A stretch of 64,000 nt of DNA, taken from an uncultured Eubacteriales bacterium (GTDB lineage: Bacteria > Bacillota > Clostridia > Christensenellales > Aristaeellaceae). Numbering within the stretch: the stretch's first letter is position 1; every line of letters begins with the position of its first letter. Location of the stretch: the NCBI GenBank assembly GCA_902778995.1, contig CACYZW010000019.1:3508-67507 (forward strand), given 5' to 3'. The position numbers and the translations under genes were made by a program. This document shows positions 27,009-37,297 of the stretch, one piece after another. Under the pieces are notes generated by a model. It was not told where the DNA came from and did not search any database. It saw only the letters and a program-made list of their open reading frames with translations.

Positions 27009-27770
27009 TCAATGGCCTCCCAGCGTCAGCTTGATGCCCTCCTTGGTGGTCTTTTCTTCCTCTGCGGGTTCGGTCTGCGCGACCGGCTGGGGCTGTGCGG
27101 CAGGCGCCGCCTTGGCGACGACATCCTGCAGGGAATTCATTTCAGTCTTGATCAGGTTGTCGCCGGAGAGCATGGTCTGCATTACCTTGATCTCGGCGTC
27201 GATGTCCATCTCATCGTCCTTGTACAGGTTGTCGGCGCACTTCTCAAAGGCCTTGGCCGCCAGGCCCAGGCTGGATTCGATGGTCTTCATGGCGGAGGTG
27301 ATGTTCTCGCCCTTGGTGGGCGCGTTCATCAGCACCTGGTACTGCTCCATCAGCTTTTCAGAGGTGGGCAGGTAGTAATTCATAAAGCGGCGCACCAGGG
27401 CGATCTTCCTCGGATCGCGGCCCAGCTCCTTGAATATCTGCTCGCCTGCGGCGTACATCCGGTTCAGGTTGTCGGTGATCTGCGCATCCGGAATGGCCTC
27501 GTTGGCCTTGCGCAGGTTCTCCAGGCGCTGGCGGGCGACCTCGATCTCCCGGTCCACGGCGGCGTCGCCGGTGGTAACCTTCTCCTGGACCTCGACCTCG
27601 CGGCCCGGGAACAGCTTCGACCCGACGAAATACCCTCCAACCGAAAGGGCGATGGTCACCAGCAGCCCCGGCAGCTTCATCAGCAGCTTGGGGAAGATCA
27701 AACCCATCACCAGCCATACCGCAGCCGCGATATAAATTGGAATCGCCGATTTGATGTGCACCTTTTTCAT
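27009..27770 (-). CDS. xpaC: XpaC-like (5-bromo-4-chloroindolyl phosphate hydrolysis) family membrane protein
   Basis: Two N-terminal TM helices, RRFMNYYLPTSEKLMEQY pattern, and gene order xpaC-telA. Confidence 0.7.
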   Translation of the reverse strand: MKKVHIKSAIPIYIAAAVWLVMGLIFPKLLMKLPGLLVTIALSVGGYFVGSKLFPGREVEVQEKVTTGDAAVDREIEVARQRLENLRKANEAIPDAQITDNLNRMYAAGEQIFKELGRDPRKIALVRRFMNYYLPTSEKLMEQYQVLMNAPTKGENITSAMKTIESSLGLAAKAFEKCADNLYKDDEMDIDAEIKVMQTMLSGDNLIKTEMNSLQDVVAKAAPAAQPQPVAQTEPAEEEKTTKEGIKLTLGGH

Positions 27771-27894
27771 TCAGAGCGCCTCCCGTATGATAACTTATGC
27801 GTAATCGAAAGGGGGTAGATGAGGTAAGAAGTCGGAAGGTATGAAGTAAGGGGTAGAAGTCAGGAGTTATCGGAATACCGGAGCATCATCAGCT

Positions 27895-27929
27895 CCCCAT
27901 TCCCCATTCCTCATTCCTGATTCCTCATG
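27895..27929. repeat. Five tandem 7-bp units, CCYNATT on the plus strand (AATNRGG on the minus strand)
   Basis: ccccatt ccccatt cctcatt cctgatt cctcatg. The last unit overlaps the xth stop codon. Confidence 0.8.
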
Positions 27930-28680
27930 CCTTCAGGTCCAGCTCCACCGGGCAGTGGTCGCTGCCCATGATGTCCGTGTGGATCTTCGCGTCGATCATG
28001 CGCTCCCGAAGCTTTTCGGAGACGATAAAGTAATCGATGCGCCAACCGGCGTTGCGGGCTCGGGCCCCGCCGATATAGCTCCACCAGCTGTAGGCCCCGG
28101 TGACGTCCGGATAGAAATAGCGGAAGCTGTCGATGAACCCGGCGGCGAGCAGCTCGGTCATCTTCCCCCGCTCCTCGTCGGTAAAGCCGGCGTTCCGGCG
28201 ATTGGTCTTGGGGTTTTTCAGGTCGATTTCCTGATGGGCCACGTTCAGATCGCCGGTGAGTATCACGGGCTTGACCGCGTCCAGCGCCACCAGATAGGCC
28301 CGGAAATCGTCCTCCCACTGCATGCGGTAGTCAAGCCGCTTGAGCTCGTTCTGGCTGTTGGGCGTGTAGCAGCACACCAGGTAAAAATCCTGAAACTCGC
28401 AGGTGATTACCCGGCCCTCGTGGTCGTGCAGGTCGATGCCGATGCCCGTTTTCACCGAAAGCATCGGCACACGGGAGAACACCGCCGTGCCGGAATAACC
28501 CTTGCGCTCGGCGCAATACATGATCTGCTCGTATCCGGGCAAATCCACGTCGCACTGGCCCTGCTGTATCTTGGTTTCCTGCAGGCAGATGACGTCGGCG
28601 TCCAGCGCTTTAATGCTGTCGTAAAAGCCCTTTTGCAGTACCGCGCGCAGGCCATTGACGTTCCAGGAGATCATTTTCAC
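27925..28680 (-). CDS. xth: Exodeoxyribonuclease III
   Basis: [33 protein letters not shown] motifs. Confidence 0.92.
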   Translation of the reverse strand: MKMISWNVNGLRAVLQKGFYDSIKALDADVICLQETKIQQGQCDVDLPGYEQIMYCAERKGYSGTAVFSRVPMLSVKTGIGIDLHDHEGRVITCEFQDFYLVCCYTPNSQNELKRLDYRMQWEDDFRAYLVALDAVKPVILTGDLNVAHQEIDLKNPKTNRRNAGFTDEERGKMTELLAAGFIDSFRYFYPDVTGAYSWWSYIGGARARNAGWRIDYFIVSEKLRERMIDAKIHTDIMGSDHCPVELDLKA

Positions 28681-28825
28681 GAAAATAACACCTTCCCAAA
28701 TGCCTTTGTGCTATAATATCGGCGAAGAAAGCACACCTATCGCCATGAATACAGTCATTATATCACACTTTCTTCATTTTGCAAACCTCTTTAATTCAAA
28801 ATTATAAATTTGGAGATGAACGTCC

Positions 28826-29602
28826 ATGACGCTGATTGAAAAAGCGGCGCTGGCGGAAAAGGCCGCGAGAGCTTCCGGCGAAATGCTGGAGCATCGCGGG
28901 CCCTTCAAGGTACGTCGCAAGAGCGAAAACGACTTTGTCACGGAAATGGATTACAGGAGCGAAGCGCTGATTCGGGATATGCTGCTTGCCGCTTGCCCGG
29001 AGGACGCCTTCTTCGGCGAGGAGAACGGCGGCCCGGCCATCGCCCGGGGGCGCTGGATCGTGGACCCCATCGACGGCACCACCAACTACATACGCGGCCA
29101 GCGGCTGTACTCAATCTCCATCGCCTACGAGCAAGACGGCATACTGCAAATCGGCTGCGTCTTCTGCCCCGGCACCGACGAGCTGTTCCTGGCCGTCAGG
29201 GGGCAGGGCGCGCGGCTGAACGGCCAGCCGATCCACGTCTCCGACACGCCCTTGAGGGACGCCGTCGTCCACCTGGGCTTCGGCCACCGCATCCCCAAAA
29301 ACCGCGAACGCACTCTCGCCATATTCCCTGCGCTGATCAGCTCGGTCAGCGACGTGCGGCGCACCGGCTCTGCGGCCTACGACCTGTGCTGCGTGGCCGC
29401 CGGACGCGCCGACGCCTTCATGGAGCTGGGCATCAACCTGTACGATTACGGCGCGGGCTACGTCATCGTCACCGAGGCCGGCGGCAGGTTCACCGGCTGG
29501 GACGAGGGCGAGGACGGCCTGGTCACGGGCAATCCCCTGGCGACCAACGGCGTGATCCACGAAGCGTTGATGCAGATCGCGCAAGGGGGTTCAATTACTT
29601 AG
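28826..29602 (+). CDS. Inositol monophosphatase family protein
   Basis: FFGEE, WIVDPIDGTTNY, and an AAYDLCCVAAGRADAF-type C-terminal motif. Confidence 0.88.
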   Translation: MTLIEKAALAEKAARASGEMLEHRGPFKVRRKSENDFVTEMDYRSEALIRDMLLAACPEDAFFGEENGGPAIARGRWIVDPIDGTTNYIRGQRLYSISIAYEQDGILQIGCVFCPGTDELFLAVRGQGARLNGQPIHVSDTPLRDAVVHLGFGHRIPKNRERTLAIFPALISSVSDVRRTGSAAYDLCCVAAGRADAFMELGINLYDYGAGYVIVTEAGGRFTGWDEGEDGLVTGNPLATNGVIHEALMQIAQGGSIT

Positions 29603-29654
29603 TTGCTGATTTACTGAGTGGTTAGCGCCAGCCCCTGCAAGCCGCCAGGCGACT

Positions 29655-29695
29655 AAAAACCTGATTTGCCCAATGACGGCAAATCAGGTTTTTTC
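29655..29695. terminator. Bidirectional rho-independent terminator
   Basis: AAAAACCTGATTTGCC-CAATGAC-GGCAAATCAGGTTTTT. Confidence 0.85.
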
Positions 29696-30679
29696 CTACC
29701 ACAGCTCCACGATACCCACGCCCGGAAAGTATTTTTGCAAAATCTGCCGGGCGGTTCGGCCCTCCTCGGCCATCTGGTACGCGCCCCACTGGGACAGGCC
29801 CACGCCATGACCGAAGCCGCGCCCCTCGAAGGTGACGCTGTCCCCATCAAGCGCCACGCTGTCGATCAGGGTGCTTTTCAATTTGTTCGCACCGATCTGT
29901 ATTCGGAAGGACGGGGCGGAGACGGCTTTGCCGTTGACAAGTATGGCCTTCGCCCGGCCCGACGCCCCCTTCTCCCCCAGTTCGACGGATTCCACGTCGC
30001 CCACCGCAACGCCTGCGCCGGCGCAGGCCTTCGCCACCTGGTCTCGGGTAAAGCGCGTCGTCCATTTTTTCACGGAAGTGGGCGCCCTTTCCGATTCCTC
30101 GGAAGCCGCAGGCTTTAAATATTCCGGGTCGCCGCCCTTGTACTCCAGCGCCACGGAGGGCAGCTCGGTCATGCCGCCGGAATGGGAATGGAACCAGGCG
30201 TTGGGGTACGCCCCCTTCCAGGCAAGCGCCATGCCCCGGGTCTCGTCCACAGCCTGCCGCACCCGTTGGTTCACGCTGTCCGGCGCGTAGGCCTGCGCCT
30301 CAGCCACGTCCGTGGAAATGTCCGCGCCTCCGTATTTCGATTTCTTGTCCTGGCAGAATTTCAGCACGAAGGTCCGCGCCAGTATCGCCTGGGCCTTCAG
30401 CGCCTCCACGGGCCAGTCATTCTTCATTTCACCCGCCACGACGCCCGCCACATAGCGCTCGATGTCCATCCCGGAGGATTTCTTCGCGGCGACATCGTAG
30501 ACGTTCAGCGTGGGCACGCCGTTTTTGCCGATGGACAGCGCGCTCGGCAGCGGCGGCAGATTGGCCCTTGAATCGCTCAGCCGCCAGTTGACCGACGGGT
30601 CGCGGCCTTGCATGCACCCGGCCATCGTCACCGCCAGCGACGCGGCGATCAGGGCCGCGATCAGCATTTTCTTCAGCAT
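29696..30679 (-). CDS. spoIID: SpoIID/LytB-domain protein (stage II sporulation protein D-like)
   Basis: Lipoprotein-like signal (TMAGC). EALKAQAILARTF, WFHSHSGGMTE and GFGHGVGLSQWGA motifs. Confidence 0.85.
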   Translation of the reverse strand: MLKKMLIAALIAASLAVTMAGCMQGRDPSVNWRLSDSRANLPPLPSALSIGKNGVPTLNVYDVAAKKSSGMDIERYVAGVVAGEMKNDWPVEALKAQAILARTFVLKFCQDKKSKYGGADISTDVAEAQAYAPDSVNQRVRQAVDETRGMALAWKGAYPNAWFHSHSGGMTELPSVALEYKGGDPEYLKPAASEESERAPTSVKKWTTRFTRDQVAKACAGAGVAVGDVESVELGEKGASGRAKAILVNGKAVSAPSFRIQIGANKLKSTLIDSVALDGDSVTFEGRGFGHGVGLSQWGAYQMAEEGRTARQILQKYFPGVGIVELW

Positions 30680-30910
30680 ACAGAAACACCACCTCGGCAA
30701 TATTATGCGCCCTTTGCGAACGGCTATGCGCGGGCAACGGACGCATGCGGCGACAGTTTGGGCGGCTTTTGCGACGATTTGCCCGTTTTCTGTTGTAAAG
30801 GTTCAGCCGCTGTTGTATGCTATAGACGTCGCGAAGGGACGGCGGCGCGCCACAGTCCCTGCCCGGGATCCGGGTGACGGCATTCTTCCATGAAAGGGCG
30901 TATCGGAAAA

Positions 30911-31639
30911 ATGAATTCAAATGCGATTCTTGAAATAAGGAACTTTTCAAAGTCCTACGGGACGGATAAAATGGCCGTGGACAAACTGTCGCTCAGCGTC
31001 ATGGGCGGGGACATCTTCGGCTTCATCGGTCACAACGGCGCGGGCAAATCCACGACCATCCGCGCGGTGGTGGGCGTGCTCGACTTCACGGAGGGCGAGA
31101 TCGCCATAGACGGCCATTCCGTCAGGGACGAGCCCATGGCGTGCAAGCGCGTCACGGCGTACATCCCGGACAATCCGGACCTCTATGAAAACCTGACCGG
31201 CCTGCAGTATCTGAATTTTGTGGCGGATGTCTTCGGCATCGGCGCGGCGGAGCGGGAGGAACGTATACGAAAGTATGCCGACATGTTCGAGATCACGAAC
31301 GACCTGGGCGACCTCATCGGCGCCTACTCCCACGGCATGAAGCAGAAGGTGGCCATCCTTTCGGCGCTGATTCACGACCCGAAGCTGCTGGTGCTGGACG
31401 AACCCTTCGTGGGGCTCGACCCCAAGGCCGCCTTCACATTGAAGGCGGTCATGCGCGACATGTGCGGGCGAGGGGCGGCGGTCTTCTTCTCGACCCACGT
31501 GCTGGACGTGGCGGAAAAGCTGTGCAACAAGGTCGCCATCATCAAGCGCGGCAGGATCATCGCCTCGGGAACCATCGAGGCGCTCACAGAGGGCCACTCG
31601 CTGGAGGAGGCGTTTTTGGAGGCGGACAGCCATGAATAA
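30911..31639 (+). CDS. ABC transporter ATP-binding protein
   Basis: Walker A GHNGAGKST, signature YSHGMKQKV, Walker B LLVLDEP. The start could also be 30890. Confidence 0.88.
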   Translation: MNSNAILEIRNFSKSYGTDKMAVDKLSLSVMGGDIFGFIGHNGAGKSTTIRAVVGVLDFTEGEIAIDGHSVRDEPMACKRVTAYIPDNPDLYENLTGLQYLNFVADVFGIGAAEREERIRKYADMFEITNDLGDLIGAYSHGMKQKVAILSALIHDPKLLVLDEPFVGLDPKAAFTLKAVMRDMCGRGAAVFFSTHVLDVAEKLCNKVAIIKRGRIIASGTIEALTEGHSLEEAFLEADSHE

Positions 31640-33233
31640 CGGCATCATTCTCTTGAAAACGCTGCTGCTGTCCACGAGCCAGCGCAACGTCTACAGCCAT
31701 ACCCGGGACAAAAAGAAGAAGCGGCGAATCGCCTGGAGCATCACGGGAACCGCGATTGTGTACGCGTTGCTCATGGCCTTCAGCGTCCTGATCTGCATCG
31801 GCTTCGGGACCTTTGGGCTCATCGACGCCGCGCCGGGCATGTGCGCGCTGACGGTCAGCCTGCTGGCCTTCGTGTTCACGTTTTTCAAGACCAACGGTTA
31901 TCTTTTCAATTTCCGGGAATACGACATGCTGATGGCCCTGCCCTTTGAGACGAGGACGGTGGCGGCGTGCAAATTCCTGTACATGTACGTCAGGAGCCTG
32001 CCGTGGTACATGAGCATCTCCGTCGCCACGATGATCGGCTACGGCTGGTATGCCCGCCCCGGCTTTGCCGTGTACCCCCTGTGGCTCGTCCTTTCCCTCT
32101 TCCTCCCCGGAATCCCGATGCTGGCCGCGGCGTTTCTGGGCTTCCTGGTGGCAAGGCTCAGCGCGGGCTTCAGGCGGAGCAACATCGTCCAGACGGCGCT
32201 CACCTTCGCCTTCGTCATACTGTGCTTCTCCCTCCGCTTCTTTTTGGAGGATGTGCTTGCCAACGACAGGGTGCAGTCGACCCTCGTGTCGATTTCCGGG
32301 ATGACCGGAAACGCCGCAAGGCTCTATCCGCCCGCCGGATGGTTCGCGGAGGCGATCCTCAGGCGCAGCCTGCCGGGCATCCTGCGCCTGACCGGCGTGA
32401 CCGCGCTGCTCTTTGCCGCGGTGTTCGCCGTCGTGGGCCGATCCTACAGGAACATCAACTCCGCGCTGAAATCCCACGCCGCCGCGAGGCGCTTCCGGCT
32501 GACCGCGCAAAAGCCCAGGAGCGCGGTCCTGGCGATCGCCCACAAGGAATTCAGGCGAATGATCGGCTCCACCCCGTACATGGTCAACGGCGCGATGGGC
32601 ATGCTGCTGGCGGCCCTGCTGAGCGTCGTCACGCTGGTCATAGGCTTCGACCGCATCGTTGAAACGATCGTGCGCGGCGCGCCGGTCGATCCCGCCATAC
32701 TCCGGCCCGCGATACCGCTTGTCGTCTATTTCTTCATCGGCATGGTGGCGACGACGGCGTTTTCCCCGTCGCTGGAGGGCAAAAACTACTGGATCCTCCA
32801 GAGCCTGCCGATAGAAAAAAAGACCGTCTTCCAGGGCAAGATGCTCTTCAACATGGCCCTGACGGTTCCGTTTATGGTTTTTTCGACCCTGTGCCTCTGC
32901 GTCTCCGCCAGGGCCCCCGCGCTGGACACGGCGCTGTACCTGCTGCTGGGCCTGGCGCTGTGCGCGTTCTCGACGGCCTGGGGCTGCGTTTGCGGCATCC
33001 GGCACATGCGGCTCGACTGGGAAAATGAAATCGAGGTCATCAAGCAGGGCGCGGCGGTCGCCGTCTACATGCTGCCCAACCTGTTCGCGGTGATGGGGCT
33101 TGCCGTGCTGGTGGTCTTTCTCGGCATGCGCATGGATTCACGGGTGGTGACGATCATCCTTACGCTCGTCGCCTCCGCCCTCGCCGCACTGAGCTACGCA
33201 AGGGTCATGGCGCTGTCCAGGCGCCGCGTATAA
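31632..33233 (+). CDS. Multi-pass ABC exporter permease-like membrane protein
   Basis: 533 aa with more than 10 hydrophobic segments. Start overlaps the ATPase stop (GGAGG RBS). Confidence 0.65.
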   Translation: MNNGIILLKTLLLSTSQRNVYSHTRDKKKKRRIAWSITGTAIVYALLMAFSVLICIGFGTFGLIDAAPGMCALTVSLLAFVFTFFKTNGYLFNFREYDMLMALPFETRTVAACKFLYMYVRSLPWYMSISVATMIGYGWYARPGFAVYPLWLVLSLFLPGIPMLAAAFLGFLVARLSAGFRRSNIVQTALTFAFVILCFSLRFFLEDVLANDRVQSTLVSISGMTGNAARLYPPAGWFAEAILRRSLPGILRLTGVTALLFAAVFAVVGRSYRNINSALKSHAAARRFRLTAQKPRSAVLAIAHKEFRRMIGSTPYMVNGAMGMLLAALLSVVTLVIGFDRIVETIVRGAPVDPAILRPAIPLVVYFFIGMVATTAFSPSLEGKNYWILQSLPIEKKTVFQGKMLFNMALTVPFMVFSTLCLCVSARAPALDTALYLLLGLALCAFSTAWGCVCGIRHMRLDWENEIEVIKQGAAVAVYMLPNLFAVMGLAVLVVFLGMRMDSRVVTIILTLVASALAALSYARVMALSRRRV

Positions 33234-33336
33234 ACGCGTATAATAATTATATACTGCATATTGCAAACCGGCACCCGCCGTGTTAAACTGGGTTCACTAC
33301 CGCATCACTGGCATTGCGTTCAAAGGAGAATGAGCG

Positions 33337-34419
33337 ATGGGGAGCATCTATCAGATCTATGGCGACGACGCCCATGACATGACGCTTCGATTGCTGGAGG
33401 CGTCAAACGCCGTCCACCGGGTCCCCCCGGGCAGCAGCGTCGCGCTGAAGCCGAACCTGGTCATCGCAGACGCGCCGGAGAACGGCGCGACGACCCATGC
33501 AGGCGTGCTGTCGGGGGCCGTGGAATACTTCCGCGATCACGGCGTGAAGGACATCAGCATCATCGAGGGCAGCTGGGTGGGCGACAAAACCGACCGGGCC
33601 ATGCGCCGCGCGGGCTATGAGGCCGTCTGCAAGCGCTACGGCGTGCCCTTTTTCGATCTGAAAAAGGACGACACGCGCCCGGTAAACACGCCCGTCGGGC
33701 CCATCGACGTCTGTTGCCGGGCGCTGGACGCGGGATTGTTGGTGGATCTGCCCGTATTGAAGGGGCACTGCCAGACGGTCATGACCTGCGCGCTGAAAAA
33801 TCTCAAGGGCTGCCTGCCGGATCGGGAGAAGCGGCACTTTCACAGCATGGGGCTGACGAAGCCCATCGCCGCCCTTGCGGCGGCGCTCAAGCCGGGGCTG
33901 ATCGTCGTGGACAGCATCTGCGGCGATCTGAGCTTCGAGGAGGGCGGCACGCCCGTGGAGACCAACCGCATGTTTTTGGGGACGGACGCCGTGCAGATCG
34001 ACGCCTATGCCGCGTGCCTGATGGGCCTGCGCCTGAGCGACGTGCCCTATATCGCACTGGCGGAGCGATACGGCGCGGGCAGCGCGGCCTTTGCGGAAAG
34101 CGACATCATCAACCTGAACGCCCCCAGCGACATGAAGGCCTATCCGAAGCCCTCTGGCAAGGTGGCGCGGCTGACCCGGAATGTCCGGCAGGATCGGGCC
34201 TGTTCCGCCTGCTTTGCCAACCTGGTGCGGGCGCTGTACGCCACCGGGCTGGGCGGCGAACTGGACATATGCATCGGCCAGGGCTGGCAGGGCAGGGCCT
34301 TTGACGGGCTGGGCATCGGAAGGTGCTGCAAGGGCGCGCGCCAGTGCGTGGCGGGCTGTCCCCCCACATCCCAGGCCATCGCGGATGTACTGGAGCGATT
34401 GTCCGGACAGTTGGGATGA
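33337..34419 (+). CDS. DUF362-domain protein with a C-terminal Cys cluster
   Basis: VALKPNLV, LPVLKGHCQTVMTCALKNLKGC and IVVDSICG patterns typical of DUF362, plus CSAC..C..CC..C..C. Confidence 0.7.
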   Translation: MGSIYQIYGDDAHDMTLRLLEASNAVHRVPPGSSVALKPNLVIADAPENGATTHAGVLSGAVEYFRDHGVKDISIIEGSWVGDKTDRAMRRAGYEAVCKRYGVPFFDLKKDDTRPVNTPVGPIDVCCRALDAGLLVDLPVLKGHCQTVMTCALKNLKGCLPDREKRHFHSMGLTKPIAALAAALKPGLIVVDSICGDLSFEEGGTPVETNRMFLGTDAVQIDAYAACLMGLRLSDVPYIALAERYGAGSAAFAESDIINLNAPSDMKAYPKPSGKVARLTRNVRQDRACSACFANLVRALYATGLGGELDICIGQGWQGRAFDGLGIGRCCKGARQCVAGCPPTSQAIADVLERLSGQLG

Positions 34420-34435
34420 CGGCGGATACGACAAA

Positions 34436-34484
34436 GGGGCTGTCTCAAAACGGGATGATCCGTTTTGAGACAGCCCCTCGTTTA
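34436..34484. terminator. Bidirectional terminator
   Basis: GGGGCTGTCTCAAAACGG-GATGAT-CCGTTTTGAGACAGCCCC, an 18-bp perfect stem. Confidence 0.8.
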
Positions 34485-34506
34485 TACGCCCCGGCTGATA
34501 ATGAAA

Positions 34507-36093
34507 TCAGCCGATGGAGGCGTACTCAAAGTTCACGTGGCCGATGGGGTTGGCGATCACGCCCTTGATTTCGGGCTTGACCAGGAACTGGGTCTCCATC
34601 GACATGATCGGCATGCCGGGCATCTGGTCCACCAGATACTTCTCCGCCTCGATCAGGGCGGCCTCGCGCTCAGCGGGATCGGTCATGGCCAGGGTCTTGT
34701 TGAACATCTCGTCGTAGACCGGATCGTCCCAGCCGTTCTCATAGGCGTTGGAGCCGGTGATCCAGATCTTCAGGTTGGCCGAGGGATCGGCGTAGTCGCA
34801 GGTGTAGCCGTTGCGATCCACGGAGAAATCGCCCGCGTCCAGCTCGTCCCAGTACACGGAGGACTCGCGGCTCTGGATCTCGTAGTTCACGCCCAGGTTG
34901 GTCTTCCACATGTCGCCCAGCACCTGAGCCAGTATGCCCTGCTGGGTGTTGTTCTGGACCTTGATGACGATGGTGGGGAAGCCCTCGCCGTTCGGATAGC
35001 CAGCCTCGGCCATCAGCGCCTTGGCGGCCTCCACGTCCTCGGCGAACATGTCGCCGGCGATGTCGCGGTAGCTCTTGGAGGGGTCGGTCAGGGACGGCTG
35101 GGCATAGGGGACAAAGCCGAAGACGGGCTTCTCAACCGAACCCATGGCCTGCAGCAGCACCGCGCGGTTGATGGCCATGGCGAAGGCCTGGCGCACCTTC
35201 TTGTCGGAGAACTCGGGCAGCTTGGTGTTGAAGTCGCAGTACTGAACGCCGATGCGGGGCAGCTGGGTGAGCTCCCCGGTGCCGGCGTAGTCGGTGATGC
35301 CCTGCTGATCCAGGTTGATGGAGACGTTGATGTCGCCGTTCTTGTAGGCCAGCAGCTCGGTGGCCGTCTCCGGGATGATGGAATACTGCACGCCGTCCAG
35401 CTTGACTTCGTCGGCGTTGTAGTAATTGGGGTTCTTGACCATCACGATCTTGTCCAGCGAGGCGTACTCCTGGAGCATGAACGGCCCGTTGCAGACGTAT
35501 GTCTCGGGGCTCCAAGCCCATTTCTCGTCGGCCTCCACGGCGGCCTTGCAGACCGGCAGGAAGGACGTGGTGGAGGTCAGCATCAGGAACCAGGGCGTGA
35601 CGTTCTCCAGCTCGACCACGAAGGTGCGCGCGTCGGTGGCCTTGATGCCCACTTCCTCCGCGGTGCATTCCCCGTTGAAGAACTTCTCGCCGTTCTTCAC
35701 GATCCACATGTCGCTGGCGGCCTTGCTCAGCACGTTGGGATCGAGTACGCGCAGCCAGGAATACTCAAAGTCGTAGGCCGTCAGGTCGGAGCCGTCGGAC
35801 CACTTCAGGCCGTCGCGAAGGGTGAAGGTATAGGTCAGCTGGTCGTCGGAAATCTCAACGCCCTCCGCGATGGCGGGCACCATGGTCACGCCGTCGGCGT
35901 CCAGCTTGTACAGGCCCTTGAACAGGTTCTGCAGCACCTGGGAGGAGCGGGAGTAGGAGTTCAGCGTCGGATCCATCTGCTGGGGATCGTCCGAAATCGC
36001 CGTGACGACCATGTTGCCCTCCGCCAGCGCGGGGACGGCCAGCGCGCTCAGCGCCAGCGCCAGGATCAAAAGCATTGAGAAGAGTTTCTTCAT
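34507..36093 (-). CDS. ABC peptide/nickel family-5 substrate-binding lipoprotein/secreted protein
   Basis: Signal peptide, then an SBP_bac_5 pattern (FKGLYKLD..VPAIAEG..TYTFTLRDGLKWSDG). GAAGGAGG RBS upstream of MKKLFS. Confidence 0.88.
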   Translation of the reverse strand: MKKLFSMLLILALALSALAVPALAEGNMVVTAISDDPQQMDPTLNSYSRSSQVLQNLFKGLYKLDADGVTMVPAIAEGVEISDDQLTYTFTLRDGLKWSDGSDLTAYDFEYSWLRVLDPNVLSKAASDMWIVKNGEKFFNGECTAEEVGIKATDARTFVVELENVTPWFLMLTSTTSFLPVCKAAVEADEKWAWSPETYVCNGPFMLQEYASLDKIVMVKNPNYYNADEVKLDGVQYSIIPETATELLAYKNGDINVSINLDQQGITDYAGTGELTQLPRIGVQYCDFNTKLPEFSDKKVRQAFAMAINRAVLLQAMGSVEKPVFGFVPYAQPSLTDPSKSYRDIAGDMFAEDVEAAKALMAEAGYPNGEGFPTIVIKVQNNTQQGILAQVLGDMWKTNLGVNYEIQSRESSVYWDELDAGDFSVDRNGYTCDYADPSANLKIWITGSNAYENGWDDPVYDEMFNKTLAMTDPAEREAALIEAEKYLVDQMPGMPIMSMETQFLVKPEIKGVIANPIGHVNFEYASIG

Positions 36094-36354
36094 TGCAGGT
36101 TCCTCCTTCATCGATTCTCCGTCAGACGTACTGACAGCGGTACACTTATATTAATACATCGGCATTCATCCTGTCAAGAAGGAAAATACAACGCATATGA
36201 ATGTCAACGGCGGGCGTTCCATCATATAACCCGCCTTTGACTGTTTATATTATGTTAAATATGACATCCCATTCATTTTTCATTGCATTTGTCCCGCGCA
36301 TGGGTGTAAAATGGAATGTATAATCTCACATGAATAATGTATGGGAGTGATTCC

Positions 36355-37281
36355 ATGCTGAAGTATATCCTCAAGCGACTGCTGGCAGGCGTGCTGACGA
36401 TGGTCGTGCTGATCACCGTGGCCTTCTTCATGATGCACGCCATGCCCGGCGGTCCCTTCAGTCCCTCCGAGGAAAAGAACGTGCCCCCGGAGATATTGCA
36501 GCGCATCGCGGCCAGCTACGGCCTGGACCAGCCGGTGTGGAAGCAGTACCTGACCTATTGGAACAACCTGCTCCACGGCGACCTGGGCATCAGCTACAAG
36601 ACGGTGGGCACGGTAAAGGAAAAGATCACCGGCCACTTCCCCTATTCCGCCCGTCTGGGCGCGCTGGCGGTGGTGTTCTCGCTGCTCATCGGCATACCGA
36701 TGGGTCTCATCGCTGCGCTGCACCGGGGAAAGGCCGCCGACCTTGCGACTTTGGCGCTGGCGACGATCGGCATATCGGTGCCGGTGTTCGTGCTGTCGCT
36801 GCTGCTGAGCTACCTGTTCTCAGCCAAGCTGAACTGGCTGCCCACCTACGGGCTGGACAGCTGGGCCTGTTACGTCCTGCCGGTCGTCTGCCTTTCCTTC
36901 AACCCCATCGCCTACATCGCCCGGCAGACGCGCTCTTCGATGCTCGAAGCGCTGGAGCAGGATTACATCCGCACGGCACGGGCCAAGGGCGTCAGCGAAC
37001 TGATGGTGGTGGCCAAGCACGCGCTGAAAAACGCCCTCACCCCCATCATCACCTATCTGGGCCCGCTGGTGGCAGGGCTGCTCACTGGATCGTTCATCGT
37101 GGAAAGCCGCTTCGCCATCCCCGGCCTGGGCTATTATTTCGTGCGCAGCATCTCCGACCGGGATTACACCATGATCATGGGCATCGTGATCTTCTTCGGC
37201 CTGTTCGTGGTCATCTGCAACCTCGTCAGCGATATACTGCTGGCCATCGTGGATCCCCGCGTGAAGCTGGCGAACGAATAA
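36355..37281 (+). CDS. Peptide ABC transporter permease (OppB/DppB-like)
   Basis: MLKYILKRLL start, typical of OppB/DppB. Binding-protein-dependent transport motif region (ALEQDYIRTARAKGVSE). Confidence 0.88.
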   Translation: MLKYILKRLLAGVLTMVVLITVAFFMMHAMPGGPFSPSEEKNVPPEILQRIAASYGLDQPVWKQYLTYWNNLLHGDLGISYKTVGTVKEKITGHFPYSARLGALAVVFSLLIGIPMGLIAALHRGKAADLATLALATIGISVPVFVLSLLLSYLFSAKLNWLPTYGLDSWACYVLPVVCLSFNPIAYIARQTRSSMLEALEQDYIRTARAKGVSELMVVAKHALKNALTPIITYLGPLVAGLLTGSFIVESRFAIPGLGYYFVRSISDRDYTMIMGIVIFFGLFVVICNLVSDILLAIVDPRVKLANE

Positions 37282-37297
37282 AAGGAGGAAGCGACCG

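Noticed and set aside
34465-36078. 537-aa plus-strand ORF opposite the substrate-binding protein gene
   Set aside because: The minus-strand product has a signal peptide and SBP_bac_5 motifs. The plus-strand product is low-complexity G/V/H/L/A and is a shadow ORF.
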